Assembly (NCBI GenBank): GCA_963798085.1
Contig: CAWCRS010000005.1
Span: 352,001 to 416,000 of the forward strand
DNA length: 64,000 nt
Source: an uncultured Gemmatimonadales bacterium
GTDB taxonomy: Bacteria; Gemmatimonadota; Gemmatimonadetes; Longimicrobiales; RSA9
Direction: 5' to 3'
Shown: positions 9,868 through 21,166 of the stretch, piece after piece
Position numbering within the stretch: position 1 is the stretch's first letter
How the letters are laid out: each line of letters starts with the position of its first letter
Notes under the pieces: generated by a model
What the model was told of the DNA's origin: nothing
The model's database searches: none
Seen by the model: only the letters and a program-made list of their open reading frames with translations
Program-made: the position numbers and the translations under genes

Positions 9868-10801
9868 TCACCCGCCCCGGTCCACGATGCGTGCGCCCTC
9901 GGGCGGCGTGAAACGGAACAGGTCATCGCTCAGTGCCGGGTCGAGCGCCAGGTCCGTCAGATCGAACCGGCGCGTAACGCCGCTGCCATCCACGAACTCG
10001 AAGCGGCGTACCCACGCGTCGTCGGTGTCGATCCACACCTTGAGTCGGACATAGCCGGCACTCTCGTGCGGATCCAGTGTGACCACGAGCGCATCGTGGC
10101 CATCGACGGTCTCGTGACCGTTGAGCGTGTGCTCGAAGCGGGTCAGCGGATCACCCACGAACTGCGCCTGCAGGTCGACCACACCCGCGGCGCCGGCCGC
10201 CGGCGTGCGCGATCACCTGCCGCGCATCCACGCTGGGATAGTACACCCAGAAAAACGGCCATCGCCCAGCACCACATCGCCCTTCGGATCGTCGAAACGC
10301 AGCAGGATCCGGTCGGGCCGCCGCTGGAACAGCGTGCCGCGACTGCTGACCGTCGTGTGCAGAAGCGAGTTGGTCGTGACCAGCCCGAACGTGGCGCGCA
10401 TCGTCTTCATGCCCGAATAGAGCGCGGCCGTCCGCCGCAGCAGTTGCGCCAGCATCCTGCGTCGGTGCGGTCCGGGCAGCCGGCTGCGCCGCGCTGTCGG
10501 CCGGTGCGGTGACGGCAGTATGCGACGCCGTGTCTCGACCGGCCGGCGCTGCGCTGCGCGCCGTCTTCGCAGTGCCACTGTCCGTGGCTGGTGGCGTGGC
10601 GTGTGCCGTCCGTGTGTCGGGCGCAGGCGAAGCCGTGGGTGCTGCAGCGGCGGCGGACGTGCTCGAACCGGCCTGCGGTTGCGCATCGCTGGAACCGCAT
10701 CCGGCGAGAAAGGCGCACAGCAGTGCGGCCCCGGAGAACACTGCTGATAGCATGGGCGAGGGTACACGGATGCCGGGCCCTTCGTTCCTCGCCCTCGCCA
10801 C
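9868..10801 (-). CDS. lolA: LolA-like lipoprotein carrier with lipobox and long Ala/Thr/Pro linker (indels near 10455, 10250, 10210)
   Basis: LAGC lipobox; RATF...GTLFQRRPDRILLRFDDPKGDVVLGDG-FWVYYP...QV; C-terminal DLFRFTPPEGARIVD; downstream of ftsK. Confidence 0.8.
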
Positions 10802-10819
10802 CCTGCAATCCCCGCAGCA

Positions 10820-13087
10820 TCACATGTCCTCGCCGCACACGTGATCCAGCGACTCCAGGCCCAGCAGCACTTCGCGCGGCTTCGAGCCATCCGGCGGACC
10901 GAGCACGCCCGCCGTGTGCAGCTGATCGATGATGCGTGCTGCACGGCCGTAGCCGATGCGCAGGCGCCGCTGCAGCAGCGACGTCGAACCCTGCTGATGC
11001 TGAATGCAGACCTCTGCCGCCTGGCGGAACAGCGTGTCGCGTTCTTCGGGAAGTTCGAGTCCGGAATCGTCGCTGCCCGTGGCTTCGCGCGAGCGCACGA
11101 TACTCGAGGATGTCGTCTTCCGGACCCGGCTTCGTTCCGCCGGCCTGCGGTACCACGTCATGAGACGGTCGGTGTCCTCCGTCGACAGGAAGGCGCCCTG
11201 GATGCGCACCGGATCGGACGTGCCGGGCGGCAGGAACAGCATGTCGCCGTTGCCCAGCAGCGCATCGGCACCGTTCTGGTCGAGGATGGTGCGCGAATCG
11301 ACTTTGCTGGCCACGCGGAACGCGACGCGGCAGGGAAAGTTCGCCTTGATCAGTCCGGTGATCACATTCACGCTGGGTCGCTGCGTGGCCACGATCAGGT
11401 GGATGCCGATGGCGCGCGCCTTCTGCGCCAGCTGAGTGAGCGGACGCTCGACTTCCGCCTGCACCTGCACCATCAGGTCCGCCAGTTCATCCACTACGAC
11501 GACGACGTAGGGCAGCGGACCATCGTCGTAGCGCCACTGCTCCTCCTCCGCGTCGGCGGGGGCGCCCAGTCGCCGCAGCTTGTGGCCTTCCTCCAGCCGC
11601 CGGTTGAATTCCGTCATCGAGCGCGCACCATTCTCGGAGAGCAGTGCGTAGCGCCGCTCCATCTCGAACACGGCCCACTTCAGCACCGTGGCCGCATCGT
11701 GGGGATCCGTGACCACGGGATGGCGCAGATGCGGCAGGTCGCCGTACATACTCAGCTCGACCATTTTGGGATCGACCATGAGCAGTCGCAGCGTCTGCGG
11801 CGTGTGGCGGAACACAAGGCTGGTTATCAGCGTGTTAATGCACACCGACTTGCCGGAACCGGTCGCGCCCGCAATCAGCAGGTGCGGCATGCGCGCCAGG
11901 TCCGCAACGTACGGGCGCCCTGTCAGGTCCTTGCCCAGCGCCAGTGGCAGCTGTCCGCGCGAGCGCTGGAAGACGCCGTCTCGAGGATGCGCCGCAGGTA
12001 GACGACTTCCGCTTCCGGATTCGGCACTTCGACGCCCACGGCGCCCTTGCCCGGAATCGGCGCCACAATGCGGATGCTGGGCGCGCGCAGCGCCAGCGCG
12101 AGATCGGCATCGAGCGCGGCAATGCGATTGACCTTGACGCCCGGGGCTGGCACTACCTCGAACTGCGTGACCACGGGCCCGGTCGTCCGGCCTGCGATCT
12201 CGCCTTCTACCTTGAACGTGCGCAGTGTGCGAATCAGCACTTCACCCAGGCGGTCCAGCTCGCCTTCGCTGAGATTGTCCGCGCGATCGGGTGGCTCGCT
12301 CAGCAGCGTGAGTGGCGGCAGTCCGGTCGCCGTGGGGTCGCCGGTGTCGGGCAGTGTGGCTGCGGCCGTCTTCGCGTCGGTCCGCTGCGTCTTCGTGCGG
12401 CGACCGCCGTTCGCTAACACGCGATTCAGAACGCCGCCGCGGCCGCCACCGGTTTCCGCGGCAGGCTCTCCGGTTTCTTCCGCTTCGCCTTCGCCGGCAG
12501 CAGGCGATGCCGCACCACTCGCCAATGCGGCGTCGTCGCCTGCATCCTGCTTCCCCGGCCAGACCCGCCGTTTCACCACCCTCGCCATGCTGCCCAGCGG
12601 ATTCCAGCCAATGGTGGCCACACACAGTGCGACAAACAGCGCGGCAAGGATGCAGGAACGCGCCCAGCTTGTCGAGCAGTGCCACCAGCGCGACACCCAG
12701 CGTACGGCCGAGCCAGCCGGCTGCGTGCTCGGGCAGCAGTGCCGTGGTCTCCACACCGGAGTTGGCGGCGAACAGGGATGCGAACGCGGGAACGAGCACG
12801 ATCAGGCCGGTGGCGAGTGCCATCCAGCGGATCGCGGTAGTGCCCTGCAGCCAGCCGAATGCAGCGGTCGCGGCGAGGCCCAGCAGAACAGGGAGCAGCA
12901 GGACGCCCACGCCCAGTGCGCTGGTTCCGGCGTGGAAGAAGAACGCGCCCAGCGCGCCCATCACGTTGCCCTGCGGGAACGCCGAGGGCGGTGGCGTGCC
13001 GAGCGGGAGCAGGCTCAGCGCGCTGAACACGGTCAGCGCAATGAGACCAATGCCAAGCAGTTGTCGACGCTGGTGCGTGGCTTCCAT
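10820..13087 (-). CDS. ftsK: DNA translocase FtsK (indels near 12650, 11960, 11100-11140)
   Basis: N-terminal TM helices; GPVVTQFE, MPHLLIAGATGSGKS, VDELADLM, ATQRPSV, gamma domain LQRRLRIGYGRAARIID. Confidence 0.96.
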
Positions 13088-13090
13088 TCC

Positions 13091-13801
13091 CTACAGCGTG
13101 ATGCGATGATCGCGCAGCTCCGGCACGCGTGCATAGCGATCCAGCGCCGCGCAGAATTCAATATCCTCCGCCAGATCGAGGGCGCTCAACTGCTGTCCCG
13201 CGCCCGTGCTGTGCAGCAGTGCGGCGGGCTTCTTGTCCAGCTGGCTCGCGAGAAACATTGCCGCGCGTGCGCTGTCAGTGGTCTGCAGCGTGGTGTTGTC
13301 GGAGAGGCGTCGTCCGATCAATCCCGCGCAGAAGGCGTCCTCCAGTGCAAAGCGACCTTCGCGGCCAGCGCACAGCAGCACCACGTCCTCATCCTCAGCC
13401 AGCGTGGCCGCCACCTCGCCCACATTCAACAGCGCACCGACCAGACAGCGCCTGCCCACGGAACCCGCCACGAGCGCGGGCGTTCCGTTCGTCGACGTCA
13501 TCACGAGTGTCTTGCCGGCCACGCGCTCCGCCGTGAACTCGCGGGGCGAATTTCCCAGCGGGAATCCTTCGATGGGCACGGATCCGCGCTCACCGCACAG
13601 CACGACTTCAGCCTTGCCGAGTTCGGCCGCCGTACGCACCGCGCGTTCCACCGTCTCGACGGGGATCACGGCGCGGGCGCCATTGATCAGCGCCTCCAGA
13701 ATCGTGCTGGACGCGCGCAGCACATCGATCACCACGACCGTCCGCTCCGCGAGTCGGGCCGTCTCGACCTCTGCCGGTGTGAAGACCACGTCGAGTTTCA
13801 C
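13091..13801 (-). CDS. comB: 2-phosphosulfolactate phosphatase family protein
   Basis: [37 protein letters not shown]. Confidence 0.88.
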   Translation of the reverse strand: MKLDVVFTPAEVETARLAERTVVVIDVLRASSTILEALINGARAVIPVETVERAVRTAAELGKAEVVLCGERGSVPIEGFPLGNSPREFTAERVAGKTLVMTSTNGTPALVAGSVGRRCLVGALLNVGEVAATLAEDEDVVLLCAGREGRFALEDAFCAGLIGRRLSDNTTLQTTDSARAAMFLASQLDKKPAALLHSTGAGQQLSALDLAEDIEFCAALDRYARVPELRDHRITL

Positions 13802-15174
13802 CGTTGCGCACCCTGTGCTTCCGCGCGCCGCTCTGCCATACGGCGTTCCACGAACTTGGTGTCGTAATCGCCCGCGACGTAGAGCGGATCGCTCATCAGT
13901 TCGAGCAGAAACGGAATCGTCGTATGGATACCCTCGATGATGAAGGACTCGAGGGCCAGCTTCATGCGCGCAATGGCTTCCGGTCGATCCGCGCCGTGTG
14001 TGATCAGCTTGGCCACCAGCGAATCGTAGTTCGGCGGCACCAGATATCCCGCGTACGCGTGCGTGTCAATGCGCACACCGGGGCCACCCGGCGGATGGAA
14101 GATCGTGATGGTGCCCGGGCTGGGCGCGAAGTTGCGCGCCGGATCCTCCGCGTTGACGCGGCACTCAATGGCGTGGCCGCGAAATTCGCGGAAATCGCGC
14201 GCCACCTGCGCCAGCGGCGCTCCCGCCGCCATGCGGATCTGCTCCTTTACAAGATCGATGCCGGTCACGAGTTCCGTGACCGGGTGCTCGACCTGGATGC
14301 GCGTGTTCATCTCCATGAAATAGAAGCTGCCGTCCTGGTCCAGCAGGAACTCGACCGTGCCGACGGAGCGGTAGCCGATGGACTGCGCACCCCGGCACGC
14401 GGCGTCACCCATGGCGGCGCGCAGTTCCGCTGTGACCGCCACGGAGGGCGCCTCCTCGATCAGCTTCTGGTGCCGCCGCTGGAGCGAACACTCGCGTTCA
14501 CCCAGGTGCACAATGTTGCCGTGGTCATCACCCAGCAGCTGGATTTCGACGTGACGGGGGCGCACCAGGTATTTCTCGAGGTAGACGGACGGATCGCCGA
14601 ATGCCGCCCTCGCCTCCGTCTGCGCCATCTGGAACTGCCCGGCGAAGGAGGCCTCGTCGCTGGCGACGCGCATGCCCTTCCCACCACCGCCCGCCGCCGC
14701 TTTGATAATGACGGGATAGCCGATCTCGCTCGCGGTGTGCACGCCTTCGTCAATGTCCTGCACGGCGCCTTCGCTGCCGGGCACGGTGGGCACATCCACC
14801 TGCGCCATGGTGCGCCGCGCAACCGCCTTGTCACCCATCACGCGGATCTGCTCCGCCGTGGGGCCGATGAAGCGGATGTCGGCGCGCTCGCAGATTTCGG
14901 CAAACTCGGCGTTTTCCGCCAGGAATCCGTAACCCGGATGGATGGCTTCCGCGCCCGTGACTTCCGCCGCGGCGAGGATGCGCGGGATGTTGAGATAGCT
15001 CTCGCGCGCCGACGGCGGGCCAATGCAGACATCCTCATCGGCAAAGCGCACATGCAGCGATTCGCGATCGGCCTCGCTGTACACGGCCACCGTGCGCACA
15101 CCCAGCTCACGGCACGCGCGAATCACGCGGAGTGCGATCTCGCCGCGATTGGCGATCAGTACTTTTCGGAACAT
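13798..15174 (-). CDS. accC: acetyl-CoA carboxylase, biotin carboxylase subunit
   Basis: [39 protein letters not shown]. Confidence 0.96.
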   Translation of the reverse strand: MFRKVLIANRGEIALRVIRACRELGVRTVAVYSEADRESLHVRFADEDVCIGPPSARESYLNIPRILAAAEVTGAEAIHPGYGFLAENAEFAEICERADIRFIGPTAEQIRVMGDKAVARRTMAQVDVPTVPGSEGAVQDIDEGVHTASEIGYPVIIKAAAGGGGKGMRVASDEASFAGQFQMAQTEARAAFGDPSVYLEKYLVRPRHVEIQLLGDDHGNIVHLGERECSLQRRHQKLIEEAPSVAVTAELRAAMGDAACRGAQSIGYRSVGTVEFLLDQDGSFYFMEMNTRIQVEHPVTELVTGIDLVKEQIRMAAGAPLAQVARDFREFRGHAIECRVNAEDPARNFAPSPGTITIFHPPGGPGVRIDTHAYAGYLVPPNYDSLVAKLITHGADRPEAIARMKLALESFIIEGIHTTIPFLLELMSDPLYVAGDYDTKFVERRMAERRAEAQGAQR

Positions 15175-15264
15175 GGCGCGATGGTGGCGGTCAGGCGGGA
15201 ACCAGAGGGCATTGCGGTGCGTGCTGCAGGACCGTTTCGTTCCTGCGGGGCGGGGCGAGCCGGC

Positions 15265-15854
15265 TCACGTGTGCGAACCCGACGGCTCGATGCGGAACAG
15301 CACCTGGCCGTACTCCACCGGGTCTGCGTTCTCCGCCAGAATCTCCCGCACGACGCCGTCCACTTCCGATTCGAGTTCATTCATCAGCTTCATGGCCTCG
15401 AGGATGCAGAGCGTCTGTCCGCGCGAGACCGTGCTTCCGAGTTCGACGTAGGGCGGCGCTTCTGGCGCCGGTGCCCGGTAGAACGTCCCCACCATGGGCG
15501 ACGTCACATCAATGTGGTTGCTGGGCTCCGGCGGCGGCGCGGCATCCGTCATGGATGGTGGGGGTGACGCTGGCGTCGGCGGAGCAGCGGGCGACGCCGC
15601 ATGGGAAGTCACCAGTTGCGGCGCCGCGGGCGTTGGCGATTTCGAGAATGCGGATGCGCATACCGGCGCGCGAGATCTCGAGTGTGTCGAATGCTGCTCG
15701 CGTCTACTGCGTCGATGAGCTTCCTGATGACGTCCACATCAATGAGCGCGTGCCCGTTGCCGGGCGCCGCGCCGTTGCTGGCGGCGTGCTGGACTCCATT
15801 CACGACACCCGCCGCCGGCGCAGCCTCCGGTTGCTTCTTGCGCGCTGCCGCCAT
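15265..15854 (-). CDS. accB: biotin carboxyl carrier protein (indels near 15610-15690)
   Basis: [18 protein letters not shown] biotinyl-lysine motif, VEYGQVLF. Confidence 0.93.
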
Positions 15855-15857
15855 CGT

Positions 15858-16334
15858 CTATGCTCCTCGGCGCTCCGTACTGCCGGATCCCGCGGCGCCG
15901 CCGCCACGCAGAGACCCGACCAGTCCGCGGATGGCCAGTGAGTAGCTTTCCGCTCCGAACCCCATGATGACACCCCGCGCGCGCGGCGCCAGCAGAGACC
16001 GCCTGCGGAACGGCTCGCGTGCTGCGAGGTTGCTCAAATGTACTTCTACGTACGGCCTGTCCACCCCGACCAGAGCGTCCAGCAACGCCACGCTGCTGTG
16101 GGTGAAGCCGCCGGCGTTTACGATGAACCCATCCACGCGCGCTGCGGCTTCCTGCACGAAATCGATCAGTCCACCTTCGCTGTTCGACTGAAAGAACTCC
16201 ACCTCGACGCCCAGCGCGGCTGCCTCTTCCCGCAGTCGCCCATTCACCTGCTCCAGCGTCTCCCGTCCATAGAGGTGGGGCTCTCTCCGGCCCAGCAGAT
16301 TCAGATTCGGGCCGTGGACGACGGCGATTCTCAC
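15858..16334 (-). CDS. aroQ: type II 3-dehydroquinate dehydratase
   Basis: HGPNLNLLGRREPHLYG, QSNSEG, THSSVAL, VEVHLSN. Confidence 0.95.
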   Translation of the reverse strand: MRIAVVHGPNLNLLGRREPHLYGRETLEQVNGRLREEAAALGVEVEFFQSNSEGGLIDFVQEAAARVDGFIVNAGGFTHSSVALLDALVGVDRPYVEVHLSNLAAREPFRRRSLLAPRARGVIMGFGAESYSLAIRGLVGSLRGGGAAGSGSTERRGA

Positions 16335-18405
16335 TTCTTCAGACTCTTCAGCCAGGACCGGAACATCTCGAGATCTTCGTCGCTCTCCGTGCCCGGCCGG
16401 GCGGGCGTCTCGCCCTCTGCCGGATGCTGCCCCGTCCACTCCTGGAAAGCAGCTTCTGACTCCTGGGCAGCAACCGTGCCCGCTGTCGTACCCGGCAGCG
16501 CGCTGCTTTCCGCCAGGGTCGCTTCGGGTGCCGCTGCAGCGCCGGCCGGCCGCCACGCCAGCAAAGACCGGAAATAGTCACCCACGCGAGCCCCGCCTGC
16601 ATCCTCGCGTGGCTCCATCTGCCATGTGTAAGGCGAGTCCTCGGCGCCCGCTACCCCTTCGGCGCCCGTCCAGGCCGACTCCACACGCTCCAGCCAGGCT
16701 TCGTTCGCGCGATCCTCTTCCGCGCGCACTGTCTCTGACTCCGGTTCCTGCGCGCGGCCCCAGCCCGAAGCAAGGTCCAGCTCGCGCAGTCGGGCGGCCA
16801 GGCGCTCGTCGCCGGGCCGCGCTTCCACCAGCCTGCGGTAGACCGCTGCGGCGCGCTCGTAGAGACCCTGCCCGGCGTAGATCTCAGCCAGTGTCTCGGT
16901 GATCACCTGATCGCCGGAGTCGTCCGCGTCTGCATCCCAGTCTTCGCTGTAGGAGGCAGCGCCCGCCAGGTCCGCCGGCACGGCAAGATCTTCGGGCACC
17001 ACGAAGTCAGGCGCATCCGCGTACCCCGCCTCGTCCGATCCCGCCGCGCCCAGTTCCGTCAGCGCCGCGTCGGCCGCCGCCGAGGCCTCCTGCGCGCTCT
17101 CGGCCTCTCCAGGGAAGCTGGCGCTCATCTCGACATCGAAGGTGAATTCGGCGGTCTCCGGGGCCAGTGCCGATTCGTACTCGATGGCCTCGGAGGCGCC
17201 GCCAGCCATGAACTCCGCTTCGTTGGCGGGCTCCTGGATGTCAGGGATCTCCTCGATCGACTCGATCGTCTCCTCGTACAGATGCCGACCGCCTGCAACC
17301 AGTCCGGCGCCGCCGGCTCGGCCGCCTCCAGTTCCTGCTCCGGTTCCTCCGCCTCCGCGCGCGCCTCATCCGTAGCGTGCTCCGCAGGCGCCTCGTGTGT
17401 GTCAGCCGACGCCGTCATCCACTCCCAGCGATCCGCCGGGATCCACTCGCCCGTGTCCCCCTTCGGGCTGCCCCGCTCGGCCTCAATGTCCGCCTGAATC
17501 GTCTCCGGCTCGGTCCACCGCCCCTCGACCGGCGGCGTCGTTTCATCCTCGGCCGCTGGTGTCTCCGCGCCCGCTTCGCCGGCCGGCTGGCTGGCTTCGA
17601 CACTGGCGCTGGCGGCCTCGGCCGCCTCGATGGCATCGCCACCCTCGATTGCGGCCGACACCGGCTCGACCACCGCGAACTGCTCGGGCGCCGGCGTGAA
17701 GTCCACGGGCTCGCCGGATTCCGCTAACGGCGTGTCTGCGACCGGCTGGTTCCGCTCTTCAGCGCCGGCGGCGGGTGGCTCGGCAGCTTCCGCGGTCCTT
17801 CCCCAGTGTGTACCGCTCGCCTCGAAGCCTTCGACCGCAATCGATTCTCCCGCTTCCGGCTCGAGGGTCAGGTCCACAGCGGGCGGCGTCGTCTCCAGGC
17901 CTGTCGTATTGCCCGCGAGGGGTTCAATGGCGGGCGCAGCCTTCTCGTCTTCTGCAGTGGCGACTGGCGCGGCTTCCGCGGCCGCGCTCGATATCTGCCC
18001 TTTGCGCAGCTTCCGCAGTTCTTCCTGGATGCCACCGTCGGACGGGTCCAGTACCGACAGTTCGTCGTAGTAATGCAGAGCCTCATCGGTGTTTCCGGAC
18101 GAAGCTGCCAGGTCTCCGAGCGAGCGCAGCGCCACCAGGTTGTGCCGGTCCAGTTCCAGCACGCGACGGAACTCGCTCATGGCATTCGTCGTATCGCCAG
18201 TGTCGAGCAGCACGCGACCCAGAACCACGTGTGCGCTCGCGTAATCCGGATGACGTCGCAGACCATCTTCGAGAATCTCGCGCGCCCGCTCGTGCTGTCC
18301 CGCCTTGCGGCAGGCCTCAGCCAGGTGCGTGAAAACACGCCCCTCGGGATTGCTCGCGTACAACGACTCCAGTTTGGCGATCTCGTCCCGGTGGGAATCG
18401 ATCAT
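16331..18405 (-). CDS. TPR protein with long acidic low-complexity linker (indel near 17285)
   Basis: N-terminal TPRs; E/A/P-rich middle; TETLAEIYAGQG TPR; C-terminal DLEMFRSWLKSLKK helix. Confidence 0.75.
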
Positions 18406-18450
18406 GAACCTGCTCCACGCGTTGGGCCGGGGGTGCCTGGAAAGCGCGTC

Positions 18451-18480
18451 ATATTAGACCGGCGTTTCTCGCCATGTCAA
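18451..18480 (-). promoter_or_regulatory. sigma70 promoter for the TPR-aroQ-accBC operon
   Basis: TTGACA-18 nt-TAATAT. Confidence 0.65.
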
Positions 18481-18526
18481 CGCGCCTTCCACTCTGTTCG
18501 CAGCTTCGTCCAGCGCCGCGCTCCGG

Positions 18527-18555
18527 TTGAAACTATGCGGCACCGGCTGTACCTT
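18527..18555 (+). promoter_or_regulatory. sigma70 promoter for the ppiD-like gene (divergent pair)
   Basis: TTGAAA-17 nt-TACCTT. Confidence 0.55.
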
Positions 18556-18605
18556 TCAATGCTTGTGCTTCTCGTAATTGCGTATCACAGCGGGAGTTCA
18601 CGCGT

Positions 18606-20426
18606 ATGATGCGGACCATGCGTGAGAATACGAAGTGGATCATGCTCGCGACGTCCATCGCGTTCGTCGGGCTCATGGTCTTCCAGTGGGGAATGGATCT
18701 CAGCGGCCGCAGCGGCGCCAACGCTTCGGGCGGCGAGATCGGTCGCATCAACGGCCAGCCCATCAGTAATGAAGAGTTCAATTCGGTCTACCGCAACCTG
18801 TACGACCAGCAGCAGAAGGTCTCCGACGCACCCATCGGCACGGCGCTGAACCGGCAGATCGAGGACGCGGCCTGGGATCAGGTCGTCATGCAGCGGCTCA
18901 TCGCGCAGGAACTGCGCAGTCGCGGAATCATCGTCACGGACAACGAGATCCGGCAGGCCGCGCTCTACGAGCCGCCTGCAGAGTTCCGCAATAATGCCTC
19001 ATTCCAGACGAACGGTCAGTTCGATCTGACGAAGTACCACAACTACATGTCTTCGCCGGCGGTCGACACTGAACTGCTGCTGCAGCTCGAGGCGTATTAT
19101 CGCGACGCGATTCCGCGCAGCAAGCTGTACTTCCAGGAAACCGCGGGCGTGTTCGCCACGGACGATCAGCTCTGGCGCATCTGGCGGGACACACGGGACT
19201 CGGTGTCCGTTCGCTATCTCGCCTTCGATCCGCACACGCTCGTGCCTGACGCCAGCGTGACGGTCAGTGATGCGGACATGAACGCCTACTACCGCGCCCA
19301 CGAGAGCGATTTCCTGCGCCCCGCGCGTGCCTCGATTCGCTACGTCATGATCGATCGCGAGCCCACGGCTGCCGACAGCGCCACCGCGCTGGCGCGCGCG
19401 CAGCGTGTGGAGAAGGAACTCGCCGCGGGCGGCAACTTCGCGGACATCGCGAAGCGTGAGTCGGCAGATACCGTGTCGGCCAATGACGGCGGCAAGGTCA
19501 CGGTGCACAAGGGGCGTTCCGCGCCCGCGCTCGACCAGGCCGCGTTCGCGCAGCCCATCGGCAAACTCGGGTCCCCGGTGCTGACCCAGTTCGGCTACCA
19601 CATCCTGCGTGTCGACAGCCGCGCGGCGGACAGCGCCGTGGTGCACCAGGTGCTGATTCCCATCGAGTTGTCCACGGAGCACGAGAATCGGGTGCTGGAC
19701 CAGGCCGATTCGCTGGACGCGCTCACGGAAACGATGAAGCTGGACCAGATCGCCCGGAACCTCGGCCTGGAGGTCAAGACCGCCGACCTCATCCCCGGCC
19801 TCGACCTGGTGCCCGGTCTCGGGCAGACCGCGGATGGCTCCGACTGGGCCTTCCACACCGGCAAGCCCGGCGAGGTGAGTCCCGTCTTCGAGACCCCAAC
19901 AGCCTATTACGTCTTCGAGCTCGTGAAACGCGATGACGAGCGCACGCTCACGCTCGATGAAGCCAAACAGTCGATTCACACTGCGGTCATGAATGAGAAG
20001 AAACTGGTGAAGGCGCGCGACATTGCGCGCGAAGCACTGGACCGTGTGCACGCCGGTCAGTCACTGGACGCGGTGGCGAAGTCGTACAACGTGACCGTCA
20101 AGGATGCCGGCCCCTTCACGCGCGGCGATTTCGTGCCCGGACTCGGTCGCCTGAATGCGGCCATCGGGACCGCGTTTGGTCTCAAGCCTGGTGAAACCAG
20201 CGGCGTCGTGGATGCGGATCAGGCGGTCTACATCATGCAGTGCGTCCGTCGCCACGACGCGGACCGCGCGGCATGGGAGAAGCAGAAGGACGCGCAGCGC
20301 CAGCGTGTGCTGCAGCAGATGGCGCAGCAGCGCTGGGATCAGTATCTGGAAGCGCTGCGCAAGAATGCCTCGATCACCGACAATCGCGCCCAGGCTCTGC
20401 AGCGCAACAGCCAGGCCGCAACCTGA
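18606..20426 (+). CDS. SurA/PpiD-type periplasmic chaperone, parvulin PPIase
   Basis: N-terminal TM anchor, SurA-N region, FADIAKRESAD..SANDGG and PVLTQFGYHILRV rotamase motifs. Confidence 0.88.
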   Translation: MMRTMRENTKWIMLATSIAFVGLMVFQWGMDLSGRSGANASGGEIGRINGQPISNEEFNSVYRNLYDQQQKVSDAPIGTALNRQIEDAAWDQVVMQRLIAQELRSRGIIVTDNEIRQAALYEPPAEFRNNASFQTNGQFDLTKYHNYMSSPAVDTELLLQLEAYYRDAIPRSKLYFQETAGVFATDDQLWRIWRDTRDSVSVRYLAFDPHTLVPDASVTVSDADMNAYYRAHESDFLRPARASIRYVMIDREPTAADSATALARAQRVEKELAAGGNFADIAKRESADTVSANDGGKVTVHKGRSAPALDQAAFAQPIGKLGSPVLTQFGYHILRVDSRAADSAVVHQVLIPIELSTEHENRVLDQADSLDALTETMKLDQIARNLGLEVKTADLIPGLDLVPGLGQTADGSDWAFHTGKPGEVSPVFETPTAYYVFELVKRDDERTLTLDEAKQSIHTAVMNEKKLVKARDIAREALDRVHAGQSLDAVAKSYNVTVKDAGPFTRGDFVPGLGRLNAAIGTAFGLKPGETSGVVDADQAVYIMQCVRRHDADRAAWEKQKDAQRQRVLQQMAQQRWDQYLEALRKNASITDNRAQALQRNSQAAT

Positions 20427-20446
20427 GACCCTGTCAACAGACTGTT

Positions 20447-20487
20447 AAAGCAAAGCCCGGCGAATCTGCTCGCCGGGCTTTGCTTTT
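20447..20487. terminator. bidirectional intrinsic terminator between convergent ppiD and tatA
   Basis: 17-bp perfect stem AAAGCAAAGCCCGGCGA / TCGCCGGGCTTTGCTTT with 6-nt loop. Confidence 0.85.
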
Positions 20488-20576
20488 GCGAAGACTGCAG
20501 AGCGGGCACGCCTCCTGCCGGAGGCATGCCGTTATTGCGCCCACCTGAAAGCTCCGCCCGCAGGCGAAGCCCCGCG

Positions 20577-20828
20577 TCAGCTGCTCTTGGTCTGGTTCGC
20601 GTCGTCCGCCTGCGGCGCCGCCACGGCGGCGCGCTTCGCGGGCGGTGCGATCTGCTCGTTGTCGCCCGCGCGCTCGATCTCGCTGTTGATGTCGCGCATT
20701 GAGCGTTTGAACTCGCGGATTCCGCGGCCCAGTCCACTGCCCAGTTCGGGAAGCCGCTTGGCACCGAAGATCAGCAACAGCACCACCATGATGAAGATCA
20801 TTTCGGTAGGCCCGAGTGAGAACGGCAT
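20577..20828 (-). CDS. tatA: twin-arginine translocase TatA/TatE
   Basis: LLIFGAKRLPELGSGLGRGIREFK. Confidence 0.95.
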   Translation of the reverse strand: MPFSLGPTEMIFIMVVLLLIFGAKRLPELGSGLGRGIREFKRSMRDINSEIERAGDNEQIAPPAKRAAVAAPQADDANQTKSS

Positions 20829-20846
20829 ACGGCCTCTCTTTCGATC

Positions 20847-21122
20847 CTACAGCCAGGATCGTATGACGAGCCCGACCAGGAGGATTCCCACCAGGCTGAG
20901 CGCGTTGAGATTGATGGTCAGTGGTCCAACAACAAGTGCAATGGCGATCAGATCCACGCTCAGCGGACCCAGCGAAGCGGAGACTGATGTCGTAAGGAAC
21001 TCCCGCGCCGCGCTCTCCGGCAGAAACAGCACGGCGAGCTTCGTGAACAGCGCGCCGACGAACAGTCCCACCAGCAGAGCCCAGAACAGGCGGGACACCG
21101 CGCCCCGCCGGACATTCACCAT
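20847..21122 (-). CDS. small membrane protein, DUF4321-like
   Basis: Two TM helices flanking GPLSVDL...LTINLNALSLVG. Confidence 0.6.
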   Translation of the reverse strand: MVNVRRGAVSRLFWALLVGLFVGALFTKLAVLFLPESAAREFLTTSVSASLGPLSVDLIAIALVVGPLTINLNALSLVGILLVGLVIRSWL

Positions 21123-21166
21123 GCTGCTACCGGTTGTACCAGAGGAAGTTCCAAGGATTCTCACCT

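Noticed and set aside
20430..20448. CTGTCAACAGACTGTTA resembling an IS terminal inverted repeat
   Set aside because: Single end, no partner repeat, target duplication or transposase in the window
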